A stretch of DNA of 64,000 bases from the UHGV virus genome UHGV-1368192, one strand, 5' to 3'. Shown here in pieces: positions 40,801 to 50,400 of the stretch; positions within the stretch are counted from its first letter, which is position 1, and each line of letters begins with the position of its first letter. The DNA comes from a virus. The notes under the pieces are model-generated. The model searched no databases, was not told the DNA's origin, and was given only the letters and a program-made list of their open reading frames with translations. Made by a program: the position numbers and the translations under genes.

Positions 40801-42640
40801 TACTATAACTGTACGTAGGTCTACCAAGGGTATGTCTACTGGTGGCAAGAAGAAGAGTAGTGGTAGCAATGCTGATAGGATTGTCAGGCTAGCTAAGGAA
40901 GAGAAGCACGTTGCGGCTCATGCTATCAAGACAGAGCCAACGCTTAGAGGTCTTGTCCTTGAGCTTGCAGCTAAGGGTGTCTCATCTGGCACGCCAATCT
41001 ACTTCTCTGAGCACACCATCAATGGCAAGACCTATGGCGGTGGTCATAAGGTTATCCTACAGGCTGAGGATGAACATGGCAATGTCCACAGTGTAGAGGT
41101 TGAGATCGACAATGAGCTCGGTGCCAAGATGGACAAGATCGCAGAGGATGTGCGAGAGCTATCTGTCAAGAAGGTCTCCGAGGGGTTTGCTATGATCTCT
41201 GACGTGAAGATGAAGGATCTCAACAGGGATGTAATCACTGGCGAAGCAGATATCATCTTCCTCAGGAACGATGGAGAGAAGGGTGAGGGCATAGTCGCCG
41301 ACATCAAGAGCACTCTTATTGCGTCTGAGGACTCATCTCCAGCTGAGGCGATCCGAAGGAGCCAGCACGATGGTGTCTATGCTACAACTAAGTATAAGGC
41401 CCAGATTGATGGCTATGAGACGCATATCAAATCTCTCGGCTTCAAGATAGCTGAGCAAGGGTATGTTATTGCTGTCGGCTATGCTACAAGTAACGGCGCA
41501 ACCGTTGTCGAGGCTATGTCTCTAGACGAAAAGGATCTTAACAGGCACAGGAAGACACTCAATCGCGGTACAAAAACTGGTCGTAATGGTCTTAACCCTA
41601 ACGATGAGGTTGAGGCTGATCCTTACGAAGAGAGGGAAGCTCTTTTGCCATTTGAGCGTGGAGACGTATACAAGGAAGCTCACGATGTAGCTAAGCTCCT
41701 ACCTCAGGGTCTGCTATACCAGGCTATCAGGATCCATCAAGGTATCGCTGAAGTGACTCCTGGTGTCTGGGGTAGGTACCGTAATGGCATTATCGAAGTT
41801 GCTAGTGGTGCGTCAGCTGGTACACTCTACCATGAGGCTATGCACTTCATCTATGAGAAGCTCCTAACGGACGCTGATAGGGGTATGCTAGTCTCAGGCT
41901 TGTCAGAGGTGACTGAGGAACAGATCAGAGAGATCTTTGGCAACCAGATACCTATCGCCTACGCTCGTGATGTCAGAGAGCTCTCTGCCGAACTCTTCCG
42001 TCTGTGGATGCAGACTAAGGGCGACAAGAAGGCTCGTAAGGCTCTTGAGGAGAAGATTACTAAGCTAGCGCCTAAGAAGAAAGGCTTCTGGGGTCGATTG
42101 CAGGCCCTCTGGGAGCGTATCAAGGCAGCTCTGGGGTATACTCCCACATCGAGCGTCGTAAGCGTCCTGACGGGCATTGAGGGCGGTAACTACTCTCATG
42201 TGTCTGTAGCCTCAAGAGTGAACGCTACTAACCTCTCCTCACCTATGGAGGGCGTGGTAGAGTCAATGCTCAGGTACGGTCTTATGAGTGAGGAAGAGTT
42301 TAACTCTTCTTATGATCCTTCCTCAATCATGGCCTCAAGGAATCTAGCTCAACTTATCCATAAGAAGCTCATGGAGCTTGCGTATGAAGCCCTGAGTGAC
42401 CTCGAAGGCGACAAGATCGAGACGAGCCACGCTGGTAGTATCAGGCGTAGAGAGGGCGATATTGACGATGCCATTGCTGTCCTTCGTGATGCAGCATCTA
42501 CATCTGAGAAGGCTAAGCACACTGTTGAGATCATCGATGAGCTTGGTATCGATAGCCAGACCAAGACGGTCCAGGAGATGGATGCTCTTGAGGAAAGGAC
42601 AGATAATCTCCTTGGTCAAACGCTTGCAGGCTGTAGGTAG
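34832..42640 (+). CDS. Giant virion protein (2602 aa) with an HEXXH zincin motif near the C-terminus.
   Basis: Uninterrupted ORF. HEAMH at 41831-41845, with glutamates 24-28 residues downstream. Several long coiled coils. It overlaps the upstream gene by 29 nt. Confidence 0.6.
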   Translation: MGRAKRKVFRPIFGKDLSSSAGRRSQEQVDNSFRAAQLQYEINAEKYRASAIRNLGESLEGLNEAEKQILIDKAIADIMPKEENPFADISSNPDAVGAIQADEERFKAGSQVDYGLLDKAEVWMNASMNKLLANATQSIKAGSDVIRGASDYFFSGNDVSPNYMLSEAVEREGKGALYNIFGAGNKYLAETAESADRAIHGAEASLASRGMDSGFWHAASDMVGQWGFTYGGMGTAALGRLAGGTFSVFGKIAKSASTATRWAKASEYTRKLFSAGSHLYGALSEAAVESYGVSKALEEAKGSQLAQLRSMMQKDFDQDFYSYERKYGAIKFSDFADNILTSSGMDPRLKREVANVLSGKSENASPNAIAAANAIVSQYKDQAEKAILQNASDEIDQRNGLASGWTAGLNTFILTFMNKYSYELATDKLAGANRLKKAGRFGVLGSTLINATSEGIEEVVQGGISKGAESLGKRAVDEMLRASTISERNSTSIGVLGSLGEIGKGVWDTTFSASPWVDEALPAIVSTLLIPMYKGSKMVGSRDMVNERTDAFGDPRGEKKSWLSKLYDSSPIGFAGVERYRDYKYSGGKQRTSDEAIEAMSKIIKGKHDDLTKEEKRVMTEVFGQNYAETVHETYQSVVDAMASADRMNTLLEKVAQSTSDSTDVAVAEELAKAHNVATMLSVIGNSSIGLANFNKRNFGQWTSDLMRSTREFGADMGHAISSLFGANTEEKEARYQAAVAKREADKAAREEARRSESDPFSEVPDNLRPFLNFLDVKETDEATLVSIARQRIENTLDSEERQKMQEAYFQGEGSDKLTEKAIKDIAGEINKQKHTLADIAVDYTNTMRYLDLGTKAGELSGREKSRIAAAAASFNHLRRLSLEHMDAFEEEVAGLYKEASQSLEKRITELIKDREDMRSNLNTDDEKRKSRLEDYIDQTNKAIEELEKQMRALEEAQKKYEESKKGDFSHALGGWDEFTQRFDSFSKLNEAHIDAAFMAGNDELGTKLAEMTLVDEKKSENGKLALSFARQAMQGVEALDKMLEGKNNTDILVARAAEEEKRQAEQDAADAVRNGEPKEDVDRALDSAESNGLEGDEVDVAKAAAAKAAEGEGSELSRYRSSVRNAIKNTLKGNEDFMGILRSFELDSDAIDKFIDDLISMVNDVVDVDPNGGYTDYKEAMTDALNLLTDRQNNPDLANQIFGLNNDDLISAVAEWIKGNIDEFPQDPTTPAQTLQGKPSKPNGERIVDSIEFDQATQHDIESASIGGVTVLNYSMSQRLQELFHGKNAIVNLLSKGSATINTSITFADGKATINVSISAGSETYEFSFSLGYDDLRNRLQMGVSLSTLIGDIVNTMVKVNERNIRKAFEAAGKDYAKKKNEAKKSAVGNQNSGEKNNEGRPSDTKPKVHEGPVPGSTEPTSPATDPTDDDGSKPSLPHTGRLTLWDQYNPGLNEANLTSLSEEWQEKIRKWYEEKNVGLNLKNAKGKEVFYGFAEELSENGDVSNSPIVVYVKDEQDQFVPIGLLPDHTTGNTQVLIDNIRAVATEDKKFDIFSSSDLNAPKAAISKVKYSPFKAKRVRGDKTIDAETIENGIEEELKRGQVAISVTAFPNGDNPPTIKSTTHDKDLDSETAEVIDAFIKEKESFLAQNYGQTYLVVLVNGKDGPKPTLVGIKGRDLIVDLVQGTAEDSEVSDLADEYMDKLTEEFKKAMETPDGEASGVYGEKYSSVFGSSFVYSVKPLRDADGNVTQVEITFPKRLNEGNIQSSAPVVVDIDLSSGDTIQALANAIVDAMKSSGKEKRRTAIAESIMGNKEKVEDVMTSGMRMTEVRDEAGFEALSEEKGGEEGNKTTPEPTTPPQGPEGTKTMPRVSTAAASNEGNGDGSFGSAGQDSLEKIKDDFAKNLVDKGYSVVVKSSTSPHIAAVDNGRIYMFEINPVDGTYNKVEWSAMHPTLKADAFALINSALSSDFKSSKNGRLLEYGEEMGGSTHTITVRRSTKGMSTGGKKKSSGSNADRIVRLAKEEKHVAAHAIKTEPTLRGLVLELAAKGVSSGTPIYFSEHTINGKTYGGGHKVILQAEDEHGNVHSVEVEIDNELGAKMDKIAEDVRELSVKKVSEGFAMISDVKMKDLNRDVITGEADIIFLRNDGEKGEGIVADIKSTLIASEDSSPAEAIRRSQHDGVYATTKYKAQIDGYETHIKSLGFKIAEQGYVIAVGYATSNGATVVEAMSLDEKDLNRHRKTLNRGTKTGRNGLNPNDEVEADPYEEREALLPFERGDVYKEAHDVAKLLPQGLLYQAIRIHQGIAEVTPGVWGRYRNGIIEVASGASAGTLYHEAMHFIYEKLLTDADRGMLVSGLSEVTEEQIREIFGNQIPIAYARDVRELSAELFRLWMQTKGDKKARKALEEKITKLAPKKKGFWGRLQALWERIKAALGYTPTSSVVSVLTGIEGGNYSHVSVASRVNATNLSSPMEGVVESMLRYGLMSEEEFNSSYDPSSIMASRNLAQLIHKKLMELAYEALSDLEGDKIETSHAGSIRRREGDIDDAIAVLRDAASTSEKAKHTVEIIDELGIDSQTKTVQEMDALEERTDNLLGQTLAGCR

Positions 42641-42664
42641 TCATCACCTGTAGCTTATACAAAA

Positions 42665-42706
42665 AGAATCCCCCATCCTTCTTCAGGGTGGGGGATCTTT
42701 CTTCTC
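42665..42706. terminator. Bidirectional intrinsic terminator between convergent giant genes.
   Basis: 12-bp stem atcccccatcct/agggtgggggat with T-runs on both strands. Confidence 0.5.
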
Positions 42707-42719
42707 TTACAGTTCGTGA

Positions 42720-45700
42720 TTATTCATCATCATCAGAGTCTCGGTGGAAGACTCCGTAATCGAGGACTGCATCACCGGCTAGGTTGTTGTACTTCATGAA
42801 GAAGTTATCAGGTAGCGGCGTGAGGTATGTAGGCTGGTACTTCTTGATATCCTTCATCTGCTTCTCGCGGAATGAGTCGCCCACGAATGGTATGTTGAAC
42901 ATGTTCCTACCGATGATACCGACAACGAAGACATTCCAGAAGGTCCTGTCTGCAGGAGATCCATTCTCCATGTCATTCTTGTACCTTCTCCAGGCCTTGA
43001 CAATGAAGCTATCATCAGACTCCTCGATGTACCTGTTCTCGTTCTCCCACTCAGTAGGGTTAGCCTTCTTCTTCCCCTCCTGACTGTTATTCACGATCCT
43101 GTTGTACGTGTCACCTATACCGCTAAACAGGCTCATCATGGTCTTGTACCCTGCTACACCACTAGTTGCCATAGACTCGATACTCTGACCGAAGTCCATC
43201 TTCTTCACGCCTGCACCAGCACCAAACATATTGTTCTGCACCATAGCCATAGCGAAGGCGATAGGATCGCCAGGATGAAGCTCGTTAGAACCAGCGCTGG
43301 CTAGACCGTAGAGGTCAGCGATGATGCCAAGGCTTATATCCTTCATCTGCTTATTCAGGAACCTCTTCGCCGTCTCCAACTGCTGAGATGTTGATTTATC
43401 TGCAGCCTCATTGTACCTTGCGTAGTTCCTCCTCATGCGATCATAGAGGTCTGTATGGATCAATCCGAGTTTAACAGCGTAGGGACCGAGAAGCGGGGTA
43501 AGGGACGTGAGGAAGTGCAAGGCTAGCTGAGCCAGCGTTTCATACCAAGGCTCATCATCATCGTCATCAGCAAAGCCCATGGTGAGCATAGCTACGTATA
43601 GAGTGTCAGTAAGAGCCCTCATGGCGTGCACGATCAATGCTGACCTACCGAGACGATGCAGGTTGTTAGCCTGCATATCTGACAGGTGGAACTTCTTCTG
43701 CACTGCACCTCTAAGCGTCTTGCTGATCATGAAAGGAACAAACATTGCCACTGCAGCTGTACCCAGCGCGTGCATAGCACTGATGCTATCCTTTCCATCT
43801 TCACCCTTGACGTGCATCATCTTCCACAAGGTAGTATATGCTCCTTCCTCAAACTCCTGGTTCTGCGCGTTGTACCTAGTACCCCTGAACATATCAGAGA
43901 TAATCACAGGCATCCAGTTGCGGAAGGTGAGGACTGCCCTACCAATAGCGTACGAGTTTGCAGCCGCCCTGTCATTGTCGTTATAGGCACCGAGAGTTCT
44001 CTGTGTACCAAGGAGCAACCTCTGAGAGTGACCGCCAAGCCAGTTGTACATCTCTTCTCTGTTCTTAGCACCAGAGAACGCTATAAGAGAATCCTCGACG
44101 AACTTGGTCATCCTTACCCCCTCGGGAGCTTTGAGGTCCTTCATATAGTCGTAGAGAGACTTCCCCTTGAACTTCTCCTTAGCCTCTGGGTTCAGCTCAC
44201 CAGCCTCTACATTGAGAAGATAGGCAATAGCGAAGCTCGTCTTCATCCACTCATCACCCATGGTTAGAGGAGCCATAAGCGTCTCAGTGGAGAACAAGCT
44301 CATCAGTGACCTGACCTGCGAGACATTGCCTTGCATGAAGGCTTCTCGTCCATCGTGGCTAGAGTCCATGAGGAAGAGAAGAGATGTGAGAGGATCCTCA
44401 ACGATACCCCTCTTATTGAACTTCCACCTACTGGGGATCTCTCTATGAGCGAGAAGGATGGCCTTTACCAGTGATGTGGCGTTATATCCTGTACGACTAT
44501 CACCTAAGGCTGTAGCCCTGAGGAAGCCGTTGATGAGGTTCTTAATACCTGACACAGCATTCAGACCAAGGCCTGTCACATAGACAAGGTCGTTGAAGGG
44601 ATCCATCGCTGCATCCAACCTCTTATCCCAGTCAGGTCTCTCATCATTGATGACGTTCTTCTCGTAGATAGTACGATTAATGTACGCATCATAGTCAGCC
44701 ATCTTGTCTCGTCCGACTCCATTCTTTCTGCTGTGGTAGCCTCGATTCTCTACGTCAAGGATACGCGTCAGCTCTACGATATGCCTGATAGCTGCCATCC
44801 TAGTATAGTAGGCCGAGGAAGCAGCATAATTCTTCATCGCACCGATAGGGTCAGTGAGATAGTCTACATCTGGATTCTTCGACAGCTCAAGGCCAAACTG
44901 GGTGTAGCCCTTAGGCTTATGCACGAAGAGTAGCGTTCCAAGTGGGTCACGTGTATGCACGCCCTCATACTCCTCAATACCAATAACACCACCAAGGATT
45001 TTCTGCTTCCAGTTGATAGCTGCAACCCTCTTGATAGGATTGAGCTCCTTTGAGGATCCACGCCTGGCAAAGAGTGGTAGCTTCCATGGCTCGGGCTTTA
45101 ACCCAGACCATACATCCAGATCCTTCTTTATGTCATACAGCGCGTCGACAAATTCCTTCTGTCCATCACTGAGGTTATAGTACTCCTCATTCCTAAAGAA
45201 GTCCCCAGGTAACGTCTCTACTATATCAGAGCCGTCTTCTCTCTGTCCAACGATGTACTCCTCTGTGAGCTTTGAGCCATGCTCTCGTTCCCACTCTTCC
45301 TTATAGTATTCTTCTAAGCCTCTCCTTTCTTGATGGACAGACTCATAGTCCATGTTGGCTTTGTGTATCCTTCGATACTCCGCCAATTTCTCATTGAGTC
45401 CTTTCTCTACCTTCTCTGCGATCTTCTCCTTCTCGGCTTCGAACTCCAGCCACTTGAATGGTGATACGATCTCACCGGTGATACGGCCATTCTTGTCACG
45501 TCTCAAAGACCACTGATCCTCGTTCTGCAGATTGTGCTTCTCCTTGATCTCAGTGAGCTTGCTCTCTGTTGCCTGAGACCTGGCCATAATAGCCATGTTC
45601 CCTCTGTTCTCCGTAGCCTTGATGAATCGAGCAATGAGAACGTGGATGAGGTCTCCGTTGGTAGCTACTGGCGTGAGGAAGGCCGAGAACTTGTTGTTCT

Positions 45701-47471
45701 TCGATGAGTACTTCCCCATGTCTCGGATAATCTCATCCTTCAGAGCTGCTCTTGCAGCGCCTTCGGTTTCAAATAGCTTGTTGCCATAGCCATCCTTTGC
45801 ATCCTTAAAGTACTTGATGACCAGGTCTATTATGATCTCAGCCATCTTATCCTTGAGGTCGTACTTCTTTATAGATGCATCAATACTCGTCTTGTTATCC
45901 GAGATGTTCTTCCTGATTTTCTCTGTAAACGCTATCAGCCTAGCTCTCTCGCTATCAGACATCTGTATAGCCTCTGACCCCTCCGTCTTATTAAGCATCA
46001 ATATGATGTCATTGGCAAGTTCTTCGTTTTCCTCAAGATTCTTTGCCACCATATAGATGTTCCTGAGGAGAGAGGCAGAGACGTTATACGCAACAAGACT
46101 CTTATCACCATTCGTTAGGATGTTATCCACGTCCTTCATCTGGTCTACAACGGCAGACGCATAGTCGTTCATGATAGTCAGGCCCTCAATGAGGCTATCT
46201 ATAGCGTCCACAGCGATAGCCGTGCCAAGGGCTGAGTTCACTCGACCTGATGCAACACCAAGCAGGTTTCGGGCTCCATCGATGTAATCGATCCTATCCT
46301 CGTCAAGGTTAGTCCTAAAGAGCTCGCCCTTCTTGACTGACTGACTGTAGAAGGCGTTGATCCTACTCTTTAGCTCCTCTGCGATCCTATTGATCCCAGC
46401 GATCTCATTCTTGATTCCTGTGCTGTTAGCGATGGCAGCATACAAGCTCCTACCCTTCACGATCTCAGAGAGGTGCTCATTAGAAAGCAGCGCCTTCTTG
46501 GCTACAATCTTACTGGCATAATCCCTGAAGAGTCTGTCGGTGTGCTCTACCTCATTGAGGAAGACTCCGTCAGTGATGCCATGGAAGAGATCCTTGATAG
46601 CCTGCCAGATGCGGCTGAGGAAGGAATAGTGTTTTCCTTCGTACTGTCCGAGGATATGCTGAGTGAGGAGCTTGGCCATTGCCTCTCTCCTCAGAAGGTC
46701 CTGTGAGCCATCATAGAGCTCGCTGTACGTCTCAAACTCCTTGCCTAGTATCTCCTTCACCTGGGCACTAGATATCGCGTTAGAGAGCCTCTCACGCAAT
46801 GCTGGTGGTGCAAACTCCAACGCGATGTGTGCAAGCTCCTCGGTGAGGACCTCATTAGATGAGCCATTAGCCACGCGGATGAGTGCAGCCAGCTTATTGG
46901 TGGCTTGTGCGGTCTCGAGGAAGACGGTCTCGCCTGCCTGTCTCAGTCCTTCCTCAATGGCCTCGAAGTGCTCTACAGGAATGCCGTAGTGTTCAAGGAG
47001 CGCCATGATCCTACCACGTAGGACAGCCTGCCTCTCAGCATCAGCCTTGGCTTCCCTATCCTCGGTATAGGACAACTTGTATCCTTCCTCAGTCACCTCA
47101 GGCACCAAGGGCGTACGCTCGGAGATAGGATCCTTGTTACCTTTCCTCACAGCCGCAAAGGCAGAATCGTAGGTCTCAAAGTGATTATCCTCGCCAGCAT
47201 ACGTACGGACCATATAGGATCCGTACGAGCTAGCAGGGAACATATCCCCGACCGGGGTCAGGGCCAGGACATCTCGTCCTGACCACTGGCCTTGATCGTT
47301 TTTCTTTAGGTCATGCCCATAGTCTTCAAACCACTTGCTGATGGATGCGTAGTAGGCATCTACTGTCGCGTTCCTATCTTGCAAGATGTCTCCAAGCTCC
47401 ATGAACATCTTACTTCTCTCTTTCCCACGCGGTGTCTCAACCGTTGGGTACATTACACATGACTTACTCAT
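42720..47471 (-). CDS. Large virion protein (1583 aa), co-transcribed with the RNA polymerase-like gene.
   Basis: Uninterrupted ORF; a 4-nt ATGA-type overlap with the upstream gene. Confidence 0.6.
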   Translation of the reverse strand: MSKSCVMYPTVETPRGKERSKMFMELGDILQDRNATVDAYYASISKWFEDYGHDLKKNDQGQWSGRDVLALTPVGDMFPASSYGSYMVRTYAGEDNHFETYDSAFAAVRKGNKDPISERTPLVPEVTEEGYKLSYTEDREAKADAERQAVLRGRIMALLEHYGIPVEHFEAIEEGLRQAGETVFLETAQATNKLAALIRVANGSSNEVLTEELAHIALEFAPPALRERLSNAISSAQVKEILGKEFETYSELYDGSQDLLRREAMAKLLTQHILGQYEGKHYSFLSRIWQAIKDLFHGITDGVFLNEVEHTDRLFRDYASKIVAKKALLSNEHLSEIVKGRSLYAAIANSTGIKNEIAGINRIAEELKSRINAFYSQSVKKGELFRTNLDEDRIDYIDGARNLLGVASGRVNSALGTAIAVDAIDSLIEGLTIMNDYASAVVDQMKDVDNILTNGDKSLVAYNVSASLLRNIYMVAKNLEENEELANDIILMLNKTEGSEAIQMSDSERARLIAFTEKIRKNISDNKTSIDASIKKYDLKDKMAEIIIDLVIKYFKDAKDGYGNKLFETEGAARAALKDEIIRDMGKYSSKNNKFSAFLTPVATNGDLIHVLIARFIKATENRGNMAIMARSQATESKLTEIKEKHNLQNEDQWSLRRDKNGRITGEIVSPFKWLEFEAEKEKIAEKVEKGLNEKLAEYRRIHKANMDYESVHQERRGLEEYYKEEWEREHGSKLTEEYIVGQREDGSDIVETLPGDFFRNEEYYNLSDGQKEFVDALYDIKKDLDVWSGLKPEPWKLPLFARRGSSKELNPIKRVAAINWKQKILGGVIGIEEYEGVHTRDPLGTLLFVHKPKGYTQFGLELSKNPDVDYLTDPIGAMKNYAASSAYYTRMAAIRHIVELTRILDVENRGYHSRKNGVGRDKMADYDAYINRTIYEKNVINDERPDWDKRLDAAMDPFNDLVYVTGLGLNAVSGIKNLINGFLRATALGDSRTGYNATSLVKAILLAHREIPSRWKFNKRGIVEDPLTSLLFLMDSSHDGREAFMQGNVSQVRSLMSLFSTETLMAPLTMGDEWMKTSFAIAYLLNVEAGELNPEAKEKFKGKSLYDYMKDLKAPEGVRMTKFVEDSLIAFSGAKNREEMYNWLGGHSQRLLLGTQRTLGAYNDNDRAAANSYAIGRAVLTFRNWMPVIISDMFRGTRYNAQNQEFEEGAYTTLWKMMHVKGEDGKDSISAMHALGTAAVAMFVPFMISKTLRGAVQKKFHLSDMQANNLHRLGRSALIVHAMRALTDTLYVAMLTMGFADDDDDEPWYETLAQLALHFLTSLTPLLGPYAVKLGLIHTDLYDRMRRNYARYNEAADKSTSQQLETAKRFLNKQMKDISLGIIADLYGLASAGSNELHPGDPIAFAMAMVQNNMFGAGAGVKKMDFGQSIESMATSGVAGYKTMMSLFSGIGDTYNRIVNNSQEGKKKANPTEWENENRYIEESDDSFIVKAWRRYKNDMENGSPADRTFWNVFVVGIIGRNMFNIPFVGDSFREKQMKDIKKYQPTYLTPLPDNFFMKYNNLAGDAVLDYGVFHRDSDDDE

Positions 47472-50400
47472 TGTCTACATGCATTATTATTCTCTTCTGT
47501 TTGAGTCTTCTCAACCTCTGCTATCACGCCAAAGAGCGGAGAGTATGATACGGCTTCTGAATGAGCCTTGGCCTTGAGTGGTCCGGACTGCTCTATCAAC
47601 CCATTCTCAGCCAGGCGAACGAGATTCAGCTTCTCAGGCTGCGCTCTCTGGAGCGAAGGTAATAGATAGTCTCCGTCCATCCTATAGTCGTTGTACAGCG
47701 TTCCATCCTCGGTCACGATACCCCTTGGGTCGATCCTGGTGTAGACCGTGTCCCCTGCGTAGGCTCTACTGTCTATGCCCTGGACGTAGATGATGCCACG
47801 GTTGGGCTGATCCTTATCTGCGATGACATAGACAGGATCCCTCTTCTCACTTGTCACCATGATATAGTCAGGAGCGATACCGCCTGTGGTCTCCAGTAGT
47901 GCGACAGCGTCTTGCTGTGGCACAACACGGCCAATCTTCCTGATGTTCTCCCTGACGTAGTTCTGCATGAACTGATGAGTGAACTCAGTATCTAGCTCCT
48001 GTCCAGCCCTCAGCTCAAGGGCATCGAACTTGATCCTCTCAAGCATCGCGTTGCGCCCCATCATAAGAGCCTTCACTGACTGAGGTATAGCCTGTAGCAT
48101 AGCCTTCATGTTCGGATTACCACTCATGTAGGTTGCGTACAGAGCTAAGCCCTTGAGGAGCTCATAGTCCCTAAGAGCCTTTGCACGCTCTACACCGGTC
48201 AGTCGAGTGTTGTGCGCCTGCTCGATGATATCCTCAAAGGCAGCTGTAGCCTTCGCCATGGCCTTCTCCTCACTCGGAGTACCAAGACTCTTGAAGACCA
48301 ACGACTGGAACGTCCTCTTCTTCCATTGCTTGTCGATGAGGACAGGTACGATGTTCTCCTTGCCGAGACCTACTATCTTCTTCAGGGACTCTGGTGCAGT
48401 CCTATTGAAAATGTCTGGGAACTTGGTGATAATCTCCTGCGCCAGGACATTCTTCTTTTCCTCATCCTCAGAGTAGGTAGTGATAGCTGAGCTTACGTAC
48501 TGATCGTATGCAGAGAGGAACTTCTTAGTAAAGTCCATCGTAGGCTTTACACCGAGTCTCCTAGCCGTCTCTACGATAGAGAGGGCAAACATAGGTGATA
48601 CCTTAGGGTTGTAGACAGACTCTGCATACATCGTTCCGAAAAGACCAAGGCCCAGATACATCCTGTAGAAGTGCCCATCCTTGTTCTGCTCGATGAAGGT
48701 CTTAGTGGTAGCATTAGGACTGAGCCCTGGCAGAGTCCTCAGTGGTACGATGATACCCTCATGCCTGATATACCTGTGATTCTGCGCGCGCTCGATCTGG
48801 TCGATAGACTTGACCATAGCGAAGACAGACTCATTGACACCACCCTTAGGTCCGCTTGAGGAGACATCAGACTTGCTCTGGAAGACAAGGTCCTTGATCT
48901 CTGATGCAGCATTCACCACGTCTATGAGGAGGTCAGCAACACGCTTGACGGACTCCTTCGTTCTTAGATCCAACTTATTGAATGCCTCTACTACCTTGTC
49001 GTCAGTAGCATTGAGAGCCTCCTTGATGAGATCCTGGGTCTCGAACTTAGAACATTCTATAAGGTCCTCCATAGACACGTCTACAGATCTATTGCTTTTA
49101 ACCTCACCGCCCTGAGCTAGCGCCTTGAAGAGAGCCTGTGATCGTCCCTCATCACCCTCGAGGTTGGCAATGTGCTTCCACAGAGGTGTGGCAGTGATAA
49201 GACCAATGATGCTCCCTGGCACACCCATCCTCACCATAGTGGCGATGATAGACGCATTATCCATAGTGATGTCAGCAAGACCGATCACAGGGTCCTTAGC
49301 GTTATCCACAGATGCAGCGCTGTACTCCTCAAGGATACGAGAGACATACGTCTTGTCGTCGCCTATCATTCCATTGAGTGACTGATATGTTGCGCCAGCG
49401 ATCTTAATGGGTTTCTCCAGCTCGAGGAGCTGTGCCTGCTGGAAGACGCTCGTAGCGGTGTTCTCATTAGCGAATACACCTACGAGACCGAGACCAGCCT
49501 TGTTCTGTCTCTGCATCTCCATCTCCACCTCAGACAGGGCGATGTTCTTGCCTGACCTAAAGATATCTACGATCTCATTGATCTTGTCGAGGTCGAGGTT
49601 ATGCAGGTATTCAAAGATGACCTTGTCACCGATCTTCTTGTCAGCCTTGTCGTCAAGGACCTGCTCAAGGATCTCCTCAAGCCTCTCCTTGCTTATCTTA
49701 CTGATGATGTAGCCAATCTTCAGGTCCTTCTTCACACCATCATAACCGCCAGGCTGTGCCATCTCTAAGGCCGCCTGTGGGCTCCTCAGAACGCCTCTGA
49801 TGATGTCAAAGAGTACGTTGGTTCTCTGCCTTTGGTTGAGATCCCTGGTGTTGACACCGCCATTCTTGAAGACTTCTGCAGCTGAGTAGTTGATGTCAAG
49901 AACTGCGGGCCTCTTAGGCATCTTCTTGTCACCTCTGATCTGAGCCTGACGCACCTTCTCATCATAGTCCTTCTTGATTTCAGCGATCTTCTTTTTGCCA
50001 GGACCAACATCCTTCTTCATAAAGAAGAGCTTGTCGACGTCGAAGTCAAAGCCCGCCTGAGCAATACACTCATGAGGAACCTGGATAACACCACCGGCAA
50101 CACGAGGCAGGAAGCCCACGATACGGAGAGGGAAGGCTGAGTACTTAGACTCGGTAGGAATACGATAAGCTACAAGCTCAAGGAGATCCTCTCTACCATC
50201 CTTCTCAATCTTCTTGACATCGATCTCTCCCTTCTCATTAGCGTACTCAAGGATCTCGCTAGAGTGTGGCGTGACACGTACAGGTACGTAGTCGATGGAC
50301 CCATCCTCCTTGTACTGAACCTTCAGGTCGTTAGACGCTTCAGCTGAGCTCATCTGGATGAGTGATCCCCCAGGGACCATCATCTTATAGATCTTCTTCG

